From: Vulcanimicrobiota bacterium
GTDB lineage: Bacteria > Vulcanimicrobiota > Xenobia > Xenobiales > QWHO01
Length of the DNA stretch: 64,000 bases
NCBI GenBank assembly: GCA_963169765.1
Contig: CAUJEN010000109.1
Span: 27,497-91,496 of the forward strand
Direction: 5' to 3'
The position numbers and the translations under genes are program-made. Below, piece after piece: positions 1 to 8,365 of the stretch. The notes beneath the pieces were generated by a model, which had not been told where the DNA came from, made no database searches, and saw only the letters and a program-made list of their open reading frames with translations. Numbering within the stretch: position 1 is the first letter of the stretch; the number at the start of each line of letters is the position of its first letter.

Positions 1-839
1 TCCAGCTCACCCGCGGGGTGAAAGAGCGCTTCCCGAGACTCCACCTGCACGCCTTCTCCCCTGAGGAGGTGCTCTATGGGGCGGTGCGCTCGCGCTCGAG
101 CGTGCGCGACTATCTCTGCGAGCTCAAGGCCGCCGGGCTGGACACCCTGCCGGGCACCTCGGCCGAGATTCTCGATCAGCCGATGCGCGAGCGCATCGCT
201 CCGGGTCGGATCACTGTCGAGCAATGGGTGGAGGTGATCAAGACCGCCCACGAGCTGGGCCTGCGCACCACCTCCACCATGATGTACGGTCACCTGGAAG
301 AGCCCCGTCACTGGGTGGCCCACCTCGAGCTGTTGCGCTCGATCCAGCGCGAAACGGGCGGTTTTACCGAGTTCGTGCCCCTCAGCTTCGTGCACCAGGA
401 GGCCCCCATGGTCCGCCTGCTCGAGGGCGTGCGGGCCGGGGCCACCGGAGCGGAGGTGTTGCGCCTGCACGCCCTGGCCCGCCTCTATCTCGGCCCCACC
501 TTCCGCAACATCCAGGCCTCCTGGGTCAAGGAAGGCCCGCGCCTGGCCCAGGTCTTGCTGCAGGCCGGCTGCAACGATCTGGGCGGCACCCTCATCAACG
601 AGAGCATCTCCACCTCGGCCGGAGCTTCCTTCGGCCAGCTCGTGCCCCCCCGCGAGCTGCGCCGCCTGATCGAGGACCTGGGCCGCATCCCCGCCCAGCG
701 CACCACCACCTACTCGCTTCTGGAGGGGGGCGAGACCCCTCTCGACCAGGTGGGCGACCCCGAGCAGCGGTTCGGAAGCTACCGCCAGCTGGTTTCCTCC
801 TCTCAGCATCGCTTCGTGCATCCTTCTCGCCGAGCCTGA
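1..839 (+). CDS. cofH: FO synthase subunit CofH / FbiC C-terminal-half-like radical-SAM protein; 5' end outside window
   Basis: The frame of ORF 18..839 is open to the window edge. Sequence LHAFSPEEV...AGLDTLPGTSAEILD...TSTMMYGHLE...QRETGGFTEFVPLSFVH matches my recollection of CofH/FbiC, where TEFVPL is typical, rather than MqnC/E. Confidence 0.65.
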   Translation, partial: QLTRGVKERFPRLHLHAFSPEEVLYGAVRSRSSVRDYLCELKAAGLDTLPGTSAEILDQPMRERIAPGRITVEQWVEVIKTAHELGLRTTSTMMYGHLEEPRHWVAHLELLRSIQRETGGFTEFVPLSFVHQEAPMVRLLEGVRAGATGAEVLRLHALARLYLGPTFRNIQASWVKEGPRLAQVLLQAGCNDLGGTLINESISTSAGASFGQLVPPRELRRLIEDLGRIPAQRTTTYSLLEGGETPLDQVGDPEQRFGSYRQLVSSSQHRFVHPSRRA

Positions 840-923
840 CATGTGAGCCGGCATACAGCCAGCTTTCCCCGGCCGGGGTAGAATGGCCTCGGGGACAACC
901 CAGACTCAAAGGAGATAGCACCG

Positions 924-1325
924 ATGCCGACGATGACGATGCCGCAGTCGCACACGTGGCGACACTCCATCCACACGGCCGAGCGTCTGCTCCGGGATTC
1001 GAATAAGCAGCTCAGCTTCCTGATGCGTACTCGCAAGCCCCTGGAGCTGGCCATCAAGCCGAATGGCAAGCTGGCCAGGTTCCAACGCGAAGCCCTGGAT
1101 CTCTTCCAAATGCTCTACTGGTACCAGCGCGGCGAGTGCCGTGGGCCCAGCTATCACACGCTGATCCTCGCCACCGCAGCTTTTTATTACCTCTCTTGTG
1201 CTCGCGACGTGCGCGACTTCTGGCGTCGACCCGAATCGGTCGAGGCGGTTTTCGATCACGTCTTGCGGGAGATTGAGCTTGATTTGCGCGACTTCCAGGC
1301 CTGGAGACAAAAACAGGGCCTGTAA
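924..1325 (+). CDS. hypothetical protein (133 aa)
   Basis: ATG 924 is preceded by AAGGAG at 909-914 (9-nt spacing). An intrinsic terminator follows the stop. No family recognised. Confidence 0.6.
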   Translation: MPTMTMPQSHTWRHSIHTAERLLRDSNKQLSFLMRTRKPLELAIKPNGKLARFQREALDLFQMLYWYQRGECRGPSYHTLILATAAFYYLSCARDVRDFWRRPESVEAVFDHVLREIELDLRDFQAWRQKQGL

Positions 1326-1350
1326 GGCCAGGCGCGAGAGACGACAGGTG

Positions 1351-1386
1351 ACGCCCGCCGATTTGGACCCGGCGGGCGTTTTTCTT
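1351..1386 (+). terminator. rho-independent terminator
   Basis: Perfect 10-bp stem ACGCCCGCCG (1351-1360) / CGGCGGGCGT (1370-1379) with a 9-nt loop, followed by TTTTCTT. Confidence 0.7.
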
Positions 1387-1441
1387 CCTCGAAGAGAAGC
1401 CTCCGAGAGGATGCGGGCGACCGGCAGGCGAACAACGAGGC

Positions 1442-2680
1442 GTGGAACCTGTTGGTCCGGAGAAAACTTCTCCCAAGGTCGTTCAGCTGCACCCCTTCCG
1501 TCGGGCCCAGAGCTTTGACAGCCACTACGAGATGGGGCGTCTTTATCGCGAGCAGGGCCGCCTCGACGAGGCGATTCGCGAGTGGCAGCGGGCCGCCGCG
1601 CTCGACCGCGCCCATCTCGAGGTCCGCCTCGACCTGGGGGTCGTGCTGGCCGAGAAGGGGATGCTGGATCAGGCCATCTTGTGCTTCAAGAACGCCATGG
1701 AGCTCGATCCCAGCTGCACCGAGGCCCACTACTACCTGGGCCTGGCCTACTTCCAGCTCGACGAGATGGAGAAGGCGGCCCGGGTCTGGTCCGGCGCCCT
1801 GCGCCTCGACCCCGAGGACCTCGAGCTGCGGCTCTCGCTGGCCGAGGCCTACATCGAGCTGGGCAAGCACACCAAGGGCCTGCGCCAGATCGACAAAATC
1901 CTCAAGGTTCAGCCCTATCACCTGGACGCGCTCAACCTGCGAGGGGTCATCTACCTCCACAAGGGCGACCTCGATCGGGCCAAGCGCGAGCTGCGCGCCT
2001 GCGTCGAGCTCGACCCGGCTTTCCCGCGCTCGCGGATGAACCTGGGCGTGGTTTACATGCACCAGGGCTTCATCGACATGGCCATCCTCGAGTTCCGGCG
2101 CGCGGTGCGATTGTCACCCACCAATCCCGACGCCCTCTACAACCTGGGCCATGCCCTGGCCCACCGGGGCCAGCTCGAGGAAGCCCGCACGGTGCTGCTG
2201 CAAGCCCTGGAGTTCGACCCCATGATGATCGAGGGTCTGCTTTTGCTGGGCAGCCTCGAGCTGCAGCAGAACCTCGACGATGAGGCCGTCAAGCGTTTCC
2301 AGGCCGTGCTGGTGCAAGATCCGCGTGATCCCGAGGCGCTCGGCGCGCTGGGCCAGGTGGCCTACCGGGCCGGCAACTTTCTCAAGGCGCGTGAGTTCGT
2401 CCAGAAGGCCATCCAGTCGCAGCCCGACAATCCCTGGTATCACTTCCTGATGGCCCAGGTGCTGCGCTCCATGGCCAAGGCTTCCCGGGCCCTGGTGCAC
2501 GCCCGTCGGGCGGCTCGCCTCGACCCCGACCTGGCCGAGGCCCAGCTCTTGCTCGGCGATCTGCTCTACGAGCGGGGCATGGAGTCAGCCGCGCGCGAGC
2601 CCTGGAGCCGCGCCCTGGCGCTCAACCCGGCCCTGGAGCCGGCCAGCGCCCGCCGCGACGCGGAAACCGTCGGTCCTTAA
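1442..2680 (+). CDS. TPR repeat protein
   Basis: Repeated 34-aa TPR-like units throughout (e.g. AHYYLGLAYFQLDEMEKAARVWSGALRLDP). GC3-rich frame. The GTG start at 1442 is uncertain. Confidence 0.75.
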   Translation: MEPVGPEKTSPKVVQLHPFRRAQSFDSHYEMGRLYREQGRLDEAIREWQRAAALDRAHLEVRLDLGVVLAEKGMLDQAILCFKNAMELDPSCTEAHYYLGLAYFQLDEMEKAARVWSGALRLDPEDLELRLSLAEAYIELGKHTKGLRQIDKILKVQPYHLDALNLRGVIYLHKGDLDRAKRELRACVELDPAFPRSRMNLGVVYMHQGFIDMAILEFRRAVRLSPTNPDALYNLGHALAHRGQLEEARTVLLQALEFDPMMIEGLLLLGSLELQQNLDDEAVKRFQAVLVQDPRDPEALGALGQVAYRAGNFLKAREFVQKAIQSQPDNPWYHFLMAQVLRSMAKASRALVHARRAARLDPDLAEAQLLLGDLLYERGMESAAREPWSRALALNPALEPASARRDAETVGP

Positions 2681-2734
2681 GCCAGGTCTACCCCCGGCGA
2701 CGGTTTTCTGGCTGAGTGACGCCCCAATGTGCTC

Positions 2735-2911
2735 GAAGTCCGGCGCCTCAGTCGGGGGGCGGGAGTCAAGCGGGTCCGGGTCCTCTATCCGCGCTCGCGA
2801 GCCATGCACGTGTTTTCGCCGGACGGGAGATGCTTTGTGCTGCAAGCCGAAGACCTTCTGGAGGACTCCGAGGTTCTGCAGGGCTTCCGCTGCCCGGTGG
2901 CGGAGCTGTTT
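2735..2911 (+). pseudogene. Uma2-family endonuclease C-terminal fragment, with no N-terminus on this strand
   Basis: The plus-strand frame reads GVKRVRVLYPRSRAMHVFSPDGRCFVLQAEDLLEDSEVLQGFRCPVAELF. This fits the Uma2 (DUF820) C-terminal pattern GV..vWvvdP..r.v.vy..dG....l...d.l....LPGF.l.vaelF. The TPR gene ends only about 50 bp upstream. Confidence 0.5.
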
Positions 2912-2932
2912 CGCACCGACCCTGGAGGTATT

Positions 2933-3276
2933 CTGGACCTTATCCTCGACCTCCTGGGATGGGTCGTGCGGCGAGACCACCTCCACGGCCAGATCAGGGG
3001 GCAGGTCGAGAAAGCCCGTCGGGCGATCGTGCAGGCGCTCGCGCGACCAGTCGGCCCCATCGGGCCCCCGGACAGTGTCCGGGCAGTCTCGGTAGAAAAG
3101 CCGGACTCGACCACCACGCGTCCCCGGCCAGTACTCCGGGCGTACTCCTTGAGGACGAAATCGGTGTTGCTGGCCACTTCCCCGTGCTCAAAGCCAGGTG
3201 GCGTCAAAGGCACGAGCTCGAAGCGACCCTGGAGTCCCAGCTTGAGCAAATCCTCCCCGGTATAAATTGTCCTCAC
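2933..3276 (-). pseudogene. Uma2-family endonuclease N-terminal and central part, frameshifted and lacking its own C-terminus
   Basis: The minus strand reads MRTIYTGEDLL..RFELVPLTPPGFEHGEVASN...GRVVVESGFSTETA. After a 1-nt frame change near 3080 it continues PDTVRGPDGADWSRERL...PDLAVEVVSPHDPSQEVEDKVQ. Homology stops about 21 bp from the plus-strand fragment. Confidence 0.55.
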
Positions 3277-3383
3277 TCCCGGGAATTCGTCGCGGGCCGG
3301 GGGGAATTCCCCTGTCCGGCCAGGCCCGGGCGATGAGCTTCAAACCCGTTGGGCTCGTCTCAAGCACGGTCCAGGCGAGGAGG

Positions 3384-3836
3384 TCAACTGCCGCCCGCCT
3401 CCTGACTCCAATGCCTGGCGCTGCGATCCTTGTGCTGCTTGAGGTAGCTTGCCACTTCCTGGCTCAGGAGCTTGTCCTCGCGCACCTGCGGGCAGCGCTT
3501 CAGGGCTTCCTCGGCGCTCCAGCCCAGAGTACGGGCCGCGTGCATCAACAGCATCGTGGCTGCTCGCTTGCCTCCGCTGGAGACCACGGCATAGGGACCC
3601 TGGCGGCGCGCGAGCTCGCGGCGCAGATGGTCCATGTCCTGCTCGGACAGGCTTCCCGCGTCGATGGCCATCCGAAAATAGGCCACATTCTTCTCCTTTA
3701 GGCCGGGGGCGGGGTCGGACTTGACCTCGAACGAGCGACGCAGGTCGATCACCGAGCCAAACCCGGCTCCGTCGCCCAGCAGGTCTTCTGACAGGGCGCT
3801 CACCGACTGACCGGCCACCTCGAGCTCGAGCTTCAC
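3384..3836 (-). CDS. DUF442 / protein-tyrosine-phosphatase-like fold protein; catalytic Cys position is Ser
   Basis: Pattern VAGQ..lsedl..l...GFgSVIDLR...E......gl...nvaYfrmaid...ls.......l......GPyaVvSSGGKRAatmll matches the DUF442 layout, with VSSGGKRA in place of HCxxGxR. The GTG start at 3836 is my choice; the track ORF extends to 4091. Confidence 0.5.
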   Translation of the reverse strand: MKLELEVAGQSVSALSEDLLGDGAGFGSVIDLRRSFEVKSDPAPGLKEKNVAYFRMAIDAGSLSEQDMDHLRRELARRQGPYAVVSSGGKRAATMLLMHAARTLGWSAEEALKRCPQVREDKLLSQEVASYLKQHKDRSARHWSQEAGGS

Positions 3837-3946
3837 GACGGGCCGGTTCCCTCCGCGGGCGCCGCGGTCCTGCCGGGAACACAGGATCGCGCCTGCCGGA
3901 AAGAGAACTTGGAAAGCCAGGCGCAGTGAGGTGTGAGGGAGGCGGG

Positions 3947-5500
3947 ATGGCTTTGGGAGAGCGGGAGACGCGGCGGAGGCTTGGAGGTCTGCCCGATTTG
4001 ACCTCCATCCCCATCGAGCCGCTGCCGAAGCCCGAGCCTGAGCCTGAGCCCGAGCGGCCGAGCGGGGATGCCTTCCGAGTTTCCATCCCAACGCGCTCCT
4101 CCGAGCCGCTCTCCGTCACGCCCCCGCGCAGCTTCACCGGCCCCATGGGCGAGCTGCAGCGCGATCTCTTCTTGCTCACCCAGCGAGTGGACTCCACCGT
4201 CTCCAAGCGCGATCTCGACGAGCTGCGTGAGAAGCTCGACACGGTCGAGCAACTGCGCCAGGAAGTCGCTGAGCTGGCCGGCCAGGTGCGAGAGCTGAGA
4301 GCCGGCGGTTCCCCGCCTCCCGCGCGTAAGTCCCGGGCTGCCAGTGAGAAGGCCGATGAGGCCGGTGAGGAGGGGGACGGTCCGGTGCACCTGCCTTTCG
4401 GCCTGGAAGACCTCTTGCGGGTGATGATCAAGCACGGCGCCTCCGACCTGCACATCAAGAGCGGCTCGGCCCCCACCGTGCGCCTGCACGGCGACCTGTT
4501 GCCCATCGGCAAAGAGCCGTTGAGCGAGGCGCAAACTCGAAAATTGGTCTTCTCGGTTCTCTCCCCCGAGCGCCGGCGCAAGCTCAAGCGCCATAAGGAA
4601 GTCGACTTTGCCACCCTGCTCGGCAAGACCCGATTCCGCGTGCACGCCTTCTACGAGCGCAACAACCTCAGCGCCGCCTATCGTTTGCTGCGAAGCGACC
4701 TGCCTGCCTTCGAGGAGCTGGGCCTGCCGCCCGTCTTGCGCAAACTGGCCACCATGAACAACGGCCTGATCCTGGTCACCGGTCCGGCCGGCCAGGGGAA
4801 ATCCACCACGCTGGCGGCCATCGTGGATTACATCAACACCAACCGCAAGGTGCACGTGGTCACCATCGAAGACCCCATCGAGTACTTCCACCACGACAAG
4901 ATGTCTTTCATCACTCAGCGCGAGGTGGGCCCTGACACCCTTTCCTTCTCCGATGGCCTGCGCCAGGCGCTGCGTCAGGACCCCAACGTCATCCTGGTGG
5001 GCGAGATGCGCGACGCCGAGACCATCACCACCGCTGTCAGCGCGGCCGAGACCGGTCACCTGGTGCTGAGCACCCTGCACACCCCCAACACCGTGCAGGC
5101 TGTCGACCGCATCATCGACTCGTTTCCGGCCGACTCCCAGAAGCAGATCCGCTCCCAGCTCTCCAAGAGCCTGCGGGCCGTCCTCTCCCAGCGCCTGCTC
5201 GTGCGCCGTGACGGGAAAGGACGCGTCCCCTCGGTCGAGGTCATGGTGTGCACCCCGGCCATCAGCTCCTACATCCTGGAGGGGCGGACCGAGGAAATCT
5301 ACCCTCTGATGGACCGTGGAGCCAGCGAGGGGATGCAGACCTTCGCCCAGTCCATGCTGCAGCTCTACCAGAAGGGCCTGATCACCAAGGAAGAGGCCCT
5401 CTACCACTCCGACATGGCGGGCGAGTTCCGCATGGCCGCCGAGGGGCACACCACCTCCACCGGCTCAGACAGCATGCAATCGGTCAATCAGTGGCTATAA
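3947..5500 (+). CDS. pilT: PilT-family type IV pilus retraction ATPase with an N-terminal extension of about 150 aa
   Basis: SDLHIKSGSAPTVRLHGDL, Walker A GPAGQGKSTT, VVTIEDPIEY, ILVGEMRD and TGHLVLSTLHT are present. ATG 3947 is preceded by GGGAGG (3937-3942). Confidence 0.88.
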   Translation: MALGERETRRRLGGLPDLTSIPIEPLPKPEPEPEPERPSGDAFRVSIPTRSSEPLSVTPPRSFTGPMGELQRDLFLLTQRVDSTVSKRDLDELREKLDTVEQLRQEVAELAGQVRELRAGGSPPPARKSRAASEKADEAGEEGDGPVHLPFGLEDLLRVMIKHGASDLHIKSGSAPTVRLHGDLLPIGKEPLSEAQTRKLVFSVLSPERRRKLKRHKEVDFATLLGKTRFRVHAFYERNNLSAAYRLLRSDLPAFEELGLPPVLRKLATMNNGLILVTGPAGQGKSTTLAAIVDYINTNRKVHVVTIEDPIEYFHHDKMSFITQREVGPDTLSFSDGLRQALRQDPNVILVGEMRDAETITTAVSAAETGHLVLSTLHTPNTVQAVDRIIDSFPADSQKQIRSQLSKSLRAVLSQRLLVRRDGKGRVPSVEVMVCTPAISSYILEGRTEEIYPLMDRGASEGMQTFAQSMLQLYQKGLITKEEALYHSDMAGEFRMAAEGHTTSTGSDSMQSVNQWL

Positions 5501-6370
5501 GACGTCGGGGACGGGCAGCCGGTCACTCTGGCAGATCCACAGCTGCTTGAAGGTGTGGCCTTTGAGGTGCTGGACGGGTAGCTTCTCGCGCACGCTCAGC
5601 CCGTAGCGGTCCAGCGCGGCGGTCACCTGCTCGTCGGAGTAACAGCGCTGATACAGAGTCTCGTCAAAGCGCTGGTAGAGGTCGGAATCCGGCTTGCGGA
5701 TGAAGATGACGATGCTGGTTTTGAGCCGATTGTCCTTGCTCTCGAGGTAGTAGGCCGCGGCCCGATCCTCGGCCTCCACGAACACGGTCTTGCCGTTGAG
5801 GTGGCGGATCCCTTCCCAGCAGTTCATATCGAACATGAAATAGCCCCCCGGGGACAGTGCCTCGGAGATCTGCTGGAAAGCCATGTTCAGGTGGACTTCC
5901 TCGATGAGGTGGTCGAGGCTGTCGTGGGTGCAGATGACCCACGGGAAGGGCTCGCTCACCGAGAAGTAGCGCATATCCTGCTCGATGAAAGGGATGCTCT
6001 GGTCGGCCTCGCTGGCTCGCAGCCTGGCGTAGGCGAGCATCTGGCGGGAGCGATCCAACCCGGTCATCTCGAACCCGGCCCGGGAGAGCTCCACCGTGAT
6101 CACCCCCGTGCCGCAGGCCACGTCCAGACAGCGCGAGCCGGGCTCGATGCCGTAGCGTTCGGCTGCCTCCACGAGATACTCGGTCATCGAGAGGCAGAAG
6201 TCCTCCGAGCCGAAGACGTCGTAAACTTCGGCAAACCAGGAGTACCTGTTGACCGTGTGGGGAGAGGGATCTTCTGGCGGTGATTCTGCTGTCAACGGCT
6301 CGGAAGCCGGCTCCGACGGCCTGGCGGGGCTATCCCACGGTCCCGACATGTTGGTGATGGAGATTGGCAT
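5495..6370 (-). CDS. class I SAM-dependent methyltransferase
   Basis: Motif I is LDVACGTGVITVELSRAGFEMTGLDRS. The gene is convergent with pilT, with a 6-nt overlap. Confidence 0.85.
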   Translation of the reverse strand: MPISITNMSGPWDSPARPSEPASEPLTAESPPEDPSPHTVNRYSWFAEVYDVFGSEDFCLSMTEYLVEAAERYGIEPGSRCLDVACGTGVITVELSRAGFEMTGLDRSRQMLAYARLRASEADQSIPFIEQDMRYFSVSEPFPWVICTHDSLDHLIEEVHLNMAFQQISEALSPGGYFMFDMNCWEGIRHLNGKTVFVEAEDRAAAYYLESKDNRLKTSIVIFIRKPDSDLYQRFDETLYQRCYSDEQVTAALDRYGLSVREKLPVQHLKGHTFKQLWICQSDRLPVPDVL

Positions 6371-6820
6371 CGGACGGCTGGCTGTTCGTGCTCCGCGCTT
6401 GGGCTTGCTCTGTCGTGGATATTACGCGCTCGGGCGAAAGGTTCCCTCTGCACGTTCATCGGGCCCTCCGCTGGTAGGTTCAGACTAGGCAGGTGGGTGC
6501 CCGGAGCGTTCGACAACTCGCTCACGAGCAGTCGAACGACTCAAGAAGACCGTGCGAGCCAGGAGAGAGCGACAACTCGCGCTCGAGGATGATGCCGCTG
6601 CATTGCCGGCAGGAAATCCGGCCTCCAGGCCAAAGCCCTCCTCGCCCGGGCGGGTTCTCTTCGAGCAGGCTGAGCTCTGGTCGAAAAGTTGCCGCCGCTC
6701 ATGGCGAGCAATAGCTTCAAATCAGCGTTCGTAACGGGTGCTTGACAGCGGCCCTCCCCATGTTGGATTGTAGGGTCTTAAAACGTCAAAGAGTCAGTCC
6801 CCATCAGCAGGAGGATAGGA

Positions 6821-8050
6821 ATGAATCAGCAGTATCATCTGTTTACCTCGGAATCGGTTACCGAGGGCCACCCGGACAAAGTCGCCGACCAGATCTCGGA
6901 CGCCATCCTGGATGCGTATCTCAGGCAAGACCCGTATTCGCGCGTGGCCTGCGAGACCTTCATCCACACCGGGTGCGTGCACGTGGCCGGGCAGATCACC
7001 TCGAAGGCCAACGTCGATCTGCAGCACGTCGTGCGCCAGATGTTGACCGCCATCGGCTATACCGATCCTGCTTTCGGGATTGACGCCAAGAGCTGCGCCG
7101 TGCTGCTCTCGGTGGACGGCCAGTCGCCTGACATCGCGGCCGGGGTGGACAAAGCTCTGGAGGTCCGCGCAGGCGGCTCGAAAACCGAGGAGGATTCCCT
7201 GGGGGCCGGCGACCAGGGCCTGATGTTTGGCTACGCCTGCAAGGAGACCCCCGAGCTGATGCCGCTGGCCATCCAACTGGCCCAGCGCCTGGCCCAGAAG
7301 CTGGCCGACGTGCGCAAGCACGGCGTGGTCGACTACCTGCGCCCCGACGGCAAGACCCAGGTGACCGTGCGCTACGAGAACGGCGAGCCGGCCGGCCTCG
7401 ACTGCATCTTGATCTCGACCCAGCACCACCCCAACGTGCCCCAGGCCAAGATCCGCCAGGACCTGATCGAGCACGTGATCAAGCCGGTGGTCGATCCCCA
7501 GTATTTGAAGATGGAGAAGGGCGAGATCGTCTCCCCCCGCATCCTGATTAACCCTTCCGGAATGTTCGTGGTGGGCGGCCCCGAGGCCGATACTGGTCTG
7601 ACCGGCCGCAAGATCATTGTGGACACCTACGGCGGCATGGCCCGCCACGGCGGTGGCGCCTTCTCCGGCAAGGACGCCACCAAGGTGGACCGCTCAGCCA
7701 ACTACGCCGCTCGCTGGGTGGCCAAGAACATCGTGGCGGCCGGCCTGGCCTCGCGCTGCGAGGTGGCCCTGAGCTACGCCATCGGCATGGCTCAGCCGGT
7801 CAGCATCGCGGTGGAGACCTTCGGCACCCAGACCATCGAGCCGGAGAAAATCAGCGCCCTGGTCAGCGAGCACTTTGACCTGCGTCCGGGCGCCATCATC
7901 CGCCAGCTGGGCCTGCGCGCCCCCATCTACACGCCGGTAGCGGCCTACGGGCACTTCGGTCGTCCCGAGCTCGACCTTCCCTGGGAGCGCACCGACAAAG
8001 CCGAGGCGCTGCGGCAGGCTGCCTCCAGTTTTAACAAAGTCCCGGCCTGA
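6821..8050 (+). CDS. metK: S-adenosylmethionine synthetase
   Basis: N-terminus [25 protein letters not shown], plus [12 protein letters not shown] and [24 protein letters not shown] lies at 6809-6814. Confidence 0.97.
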   Translation: MNQQYHLFTSESVTEGHPDKVADQISDAILDAYLRQDPYSRVACETFIHTGCVHVAGQITSKANVDLQHVVRQMLTAIGYTDPAFGIDAKSCAVLLSVDGQSPDIAAGVDKALEVRAGGSKTEEDSLGAGDQGLMFGYACKETPELMPLAIQLAQRLAQKLADVRKHGVVDYLRPDGKTQVTVRYENGEPAGLDCILISTQHHPNVPQAKIRQDLIEHVIKPVVDPQYLKMEKGEIVSPRILINPSGMFVVGGPEADTGLTGRKIIVDTYGGMARHGGGAFSGKDATKVDRSANYAARWVAKNIVAAGLASRCEVALSYAIGMAQPVSIAVETFGTQTIEPEKISALVSEHFDLRPGAIIRQLGLRAPIYTPVAAYGHFGRPELDLPWERTDKAEALRQAASSFNKVPA

Positions 8051-8146
8051 CTTTTGCTCTCCGACGCGCGGTGCGAGAGCCGCGCGTCAGGAGACGAGGG
8101 TGCCACCTGCCGACTTGTTCCAGAAACGGCAGGTCAGGCCGGGCGC

Positions 8147-8185
8147 AGGAAAAGAGCGCGGCCCCAGGGGCCGCGCTCTTTTCCT
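8147..8185 (+). terminator. strong hairpin terminator downstream of metK
   Basis: Perfect 19-bp inverted repeat AGGAAAAGAGCGCGGCCCC / GGGGCCGCGCTCTTTTCCT around one central base. The 3' arm is T-rich. Confidence 0.75.
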
Positions 8186-8365
8186 GCGCGAGCGGCTCCC
8201 GGGCTTCGCCGAGCGCGTCCCCCGCCCGCGGGCTTTGCCTGCGGCGAGCGCCCCAGGCTCGCGTTCTTTCACTGCCCCAGTGGCCCCCAGGCCGCGTTCT
8301 TTTCATGCGCAGAGCGCCTCTTCCTGACAGGGGTAAAGGCTGCTCGGCGTGGAAAGAAACCCTGC

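Noticed and set aside
6371-6820. SAM riboswitch in front of metK
   Set aside because: I could not find the conserved cores I remember for the SAM-I, SAM-IV or SAM-II classes. The only promoter-like hexamer is about 75 nt from the ATG, leaving little room for a riboswitch. I list the region only as an unexplained non-coding tract.
8054-8365. 104-codon N-terminal extension of the Ser/Thr kinase from ATG 8054
   Set aside because: It would translate through the metK terminator hairpin and a repeat-rich Arg/Pro stretch with no kinase homology. GTG 8366 sits just before the conserved kinase N-terminus.
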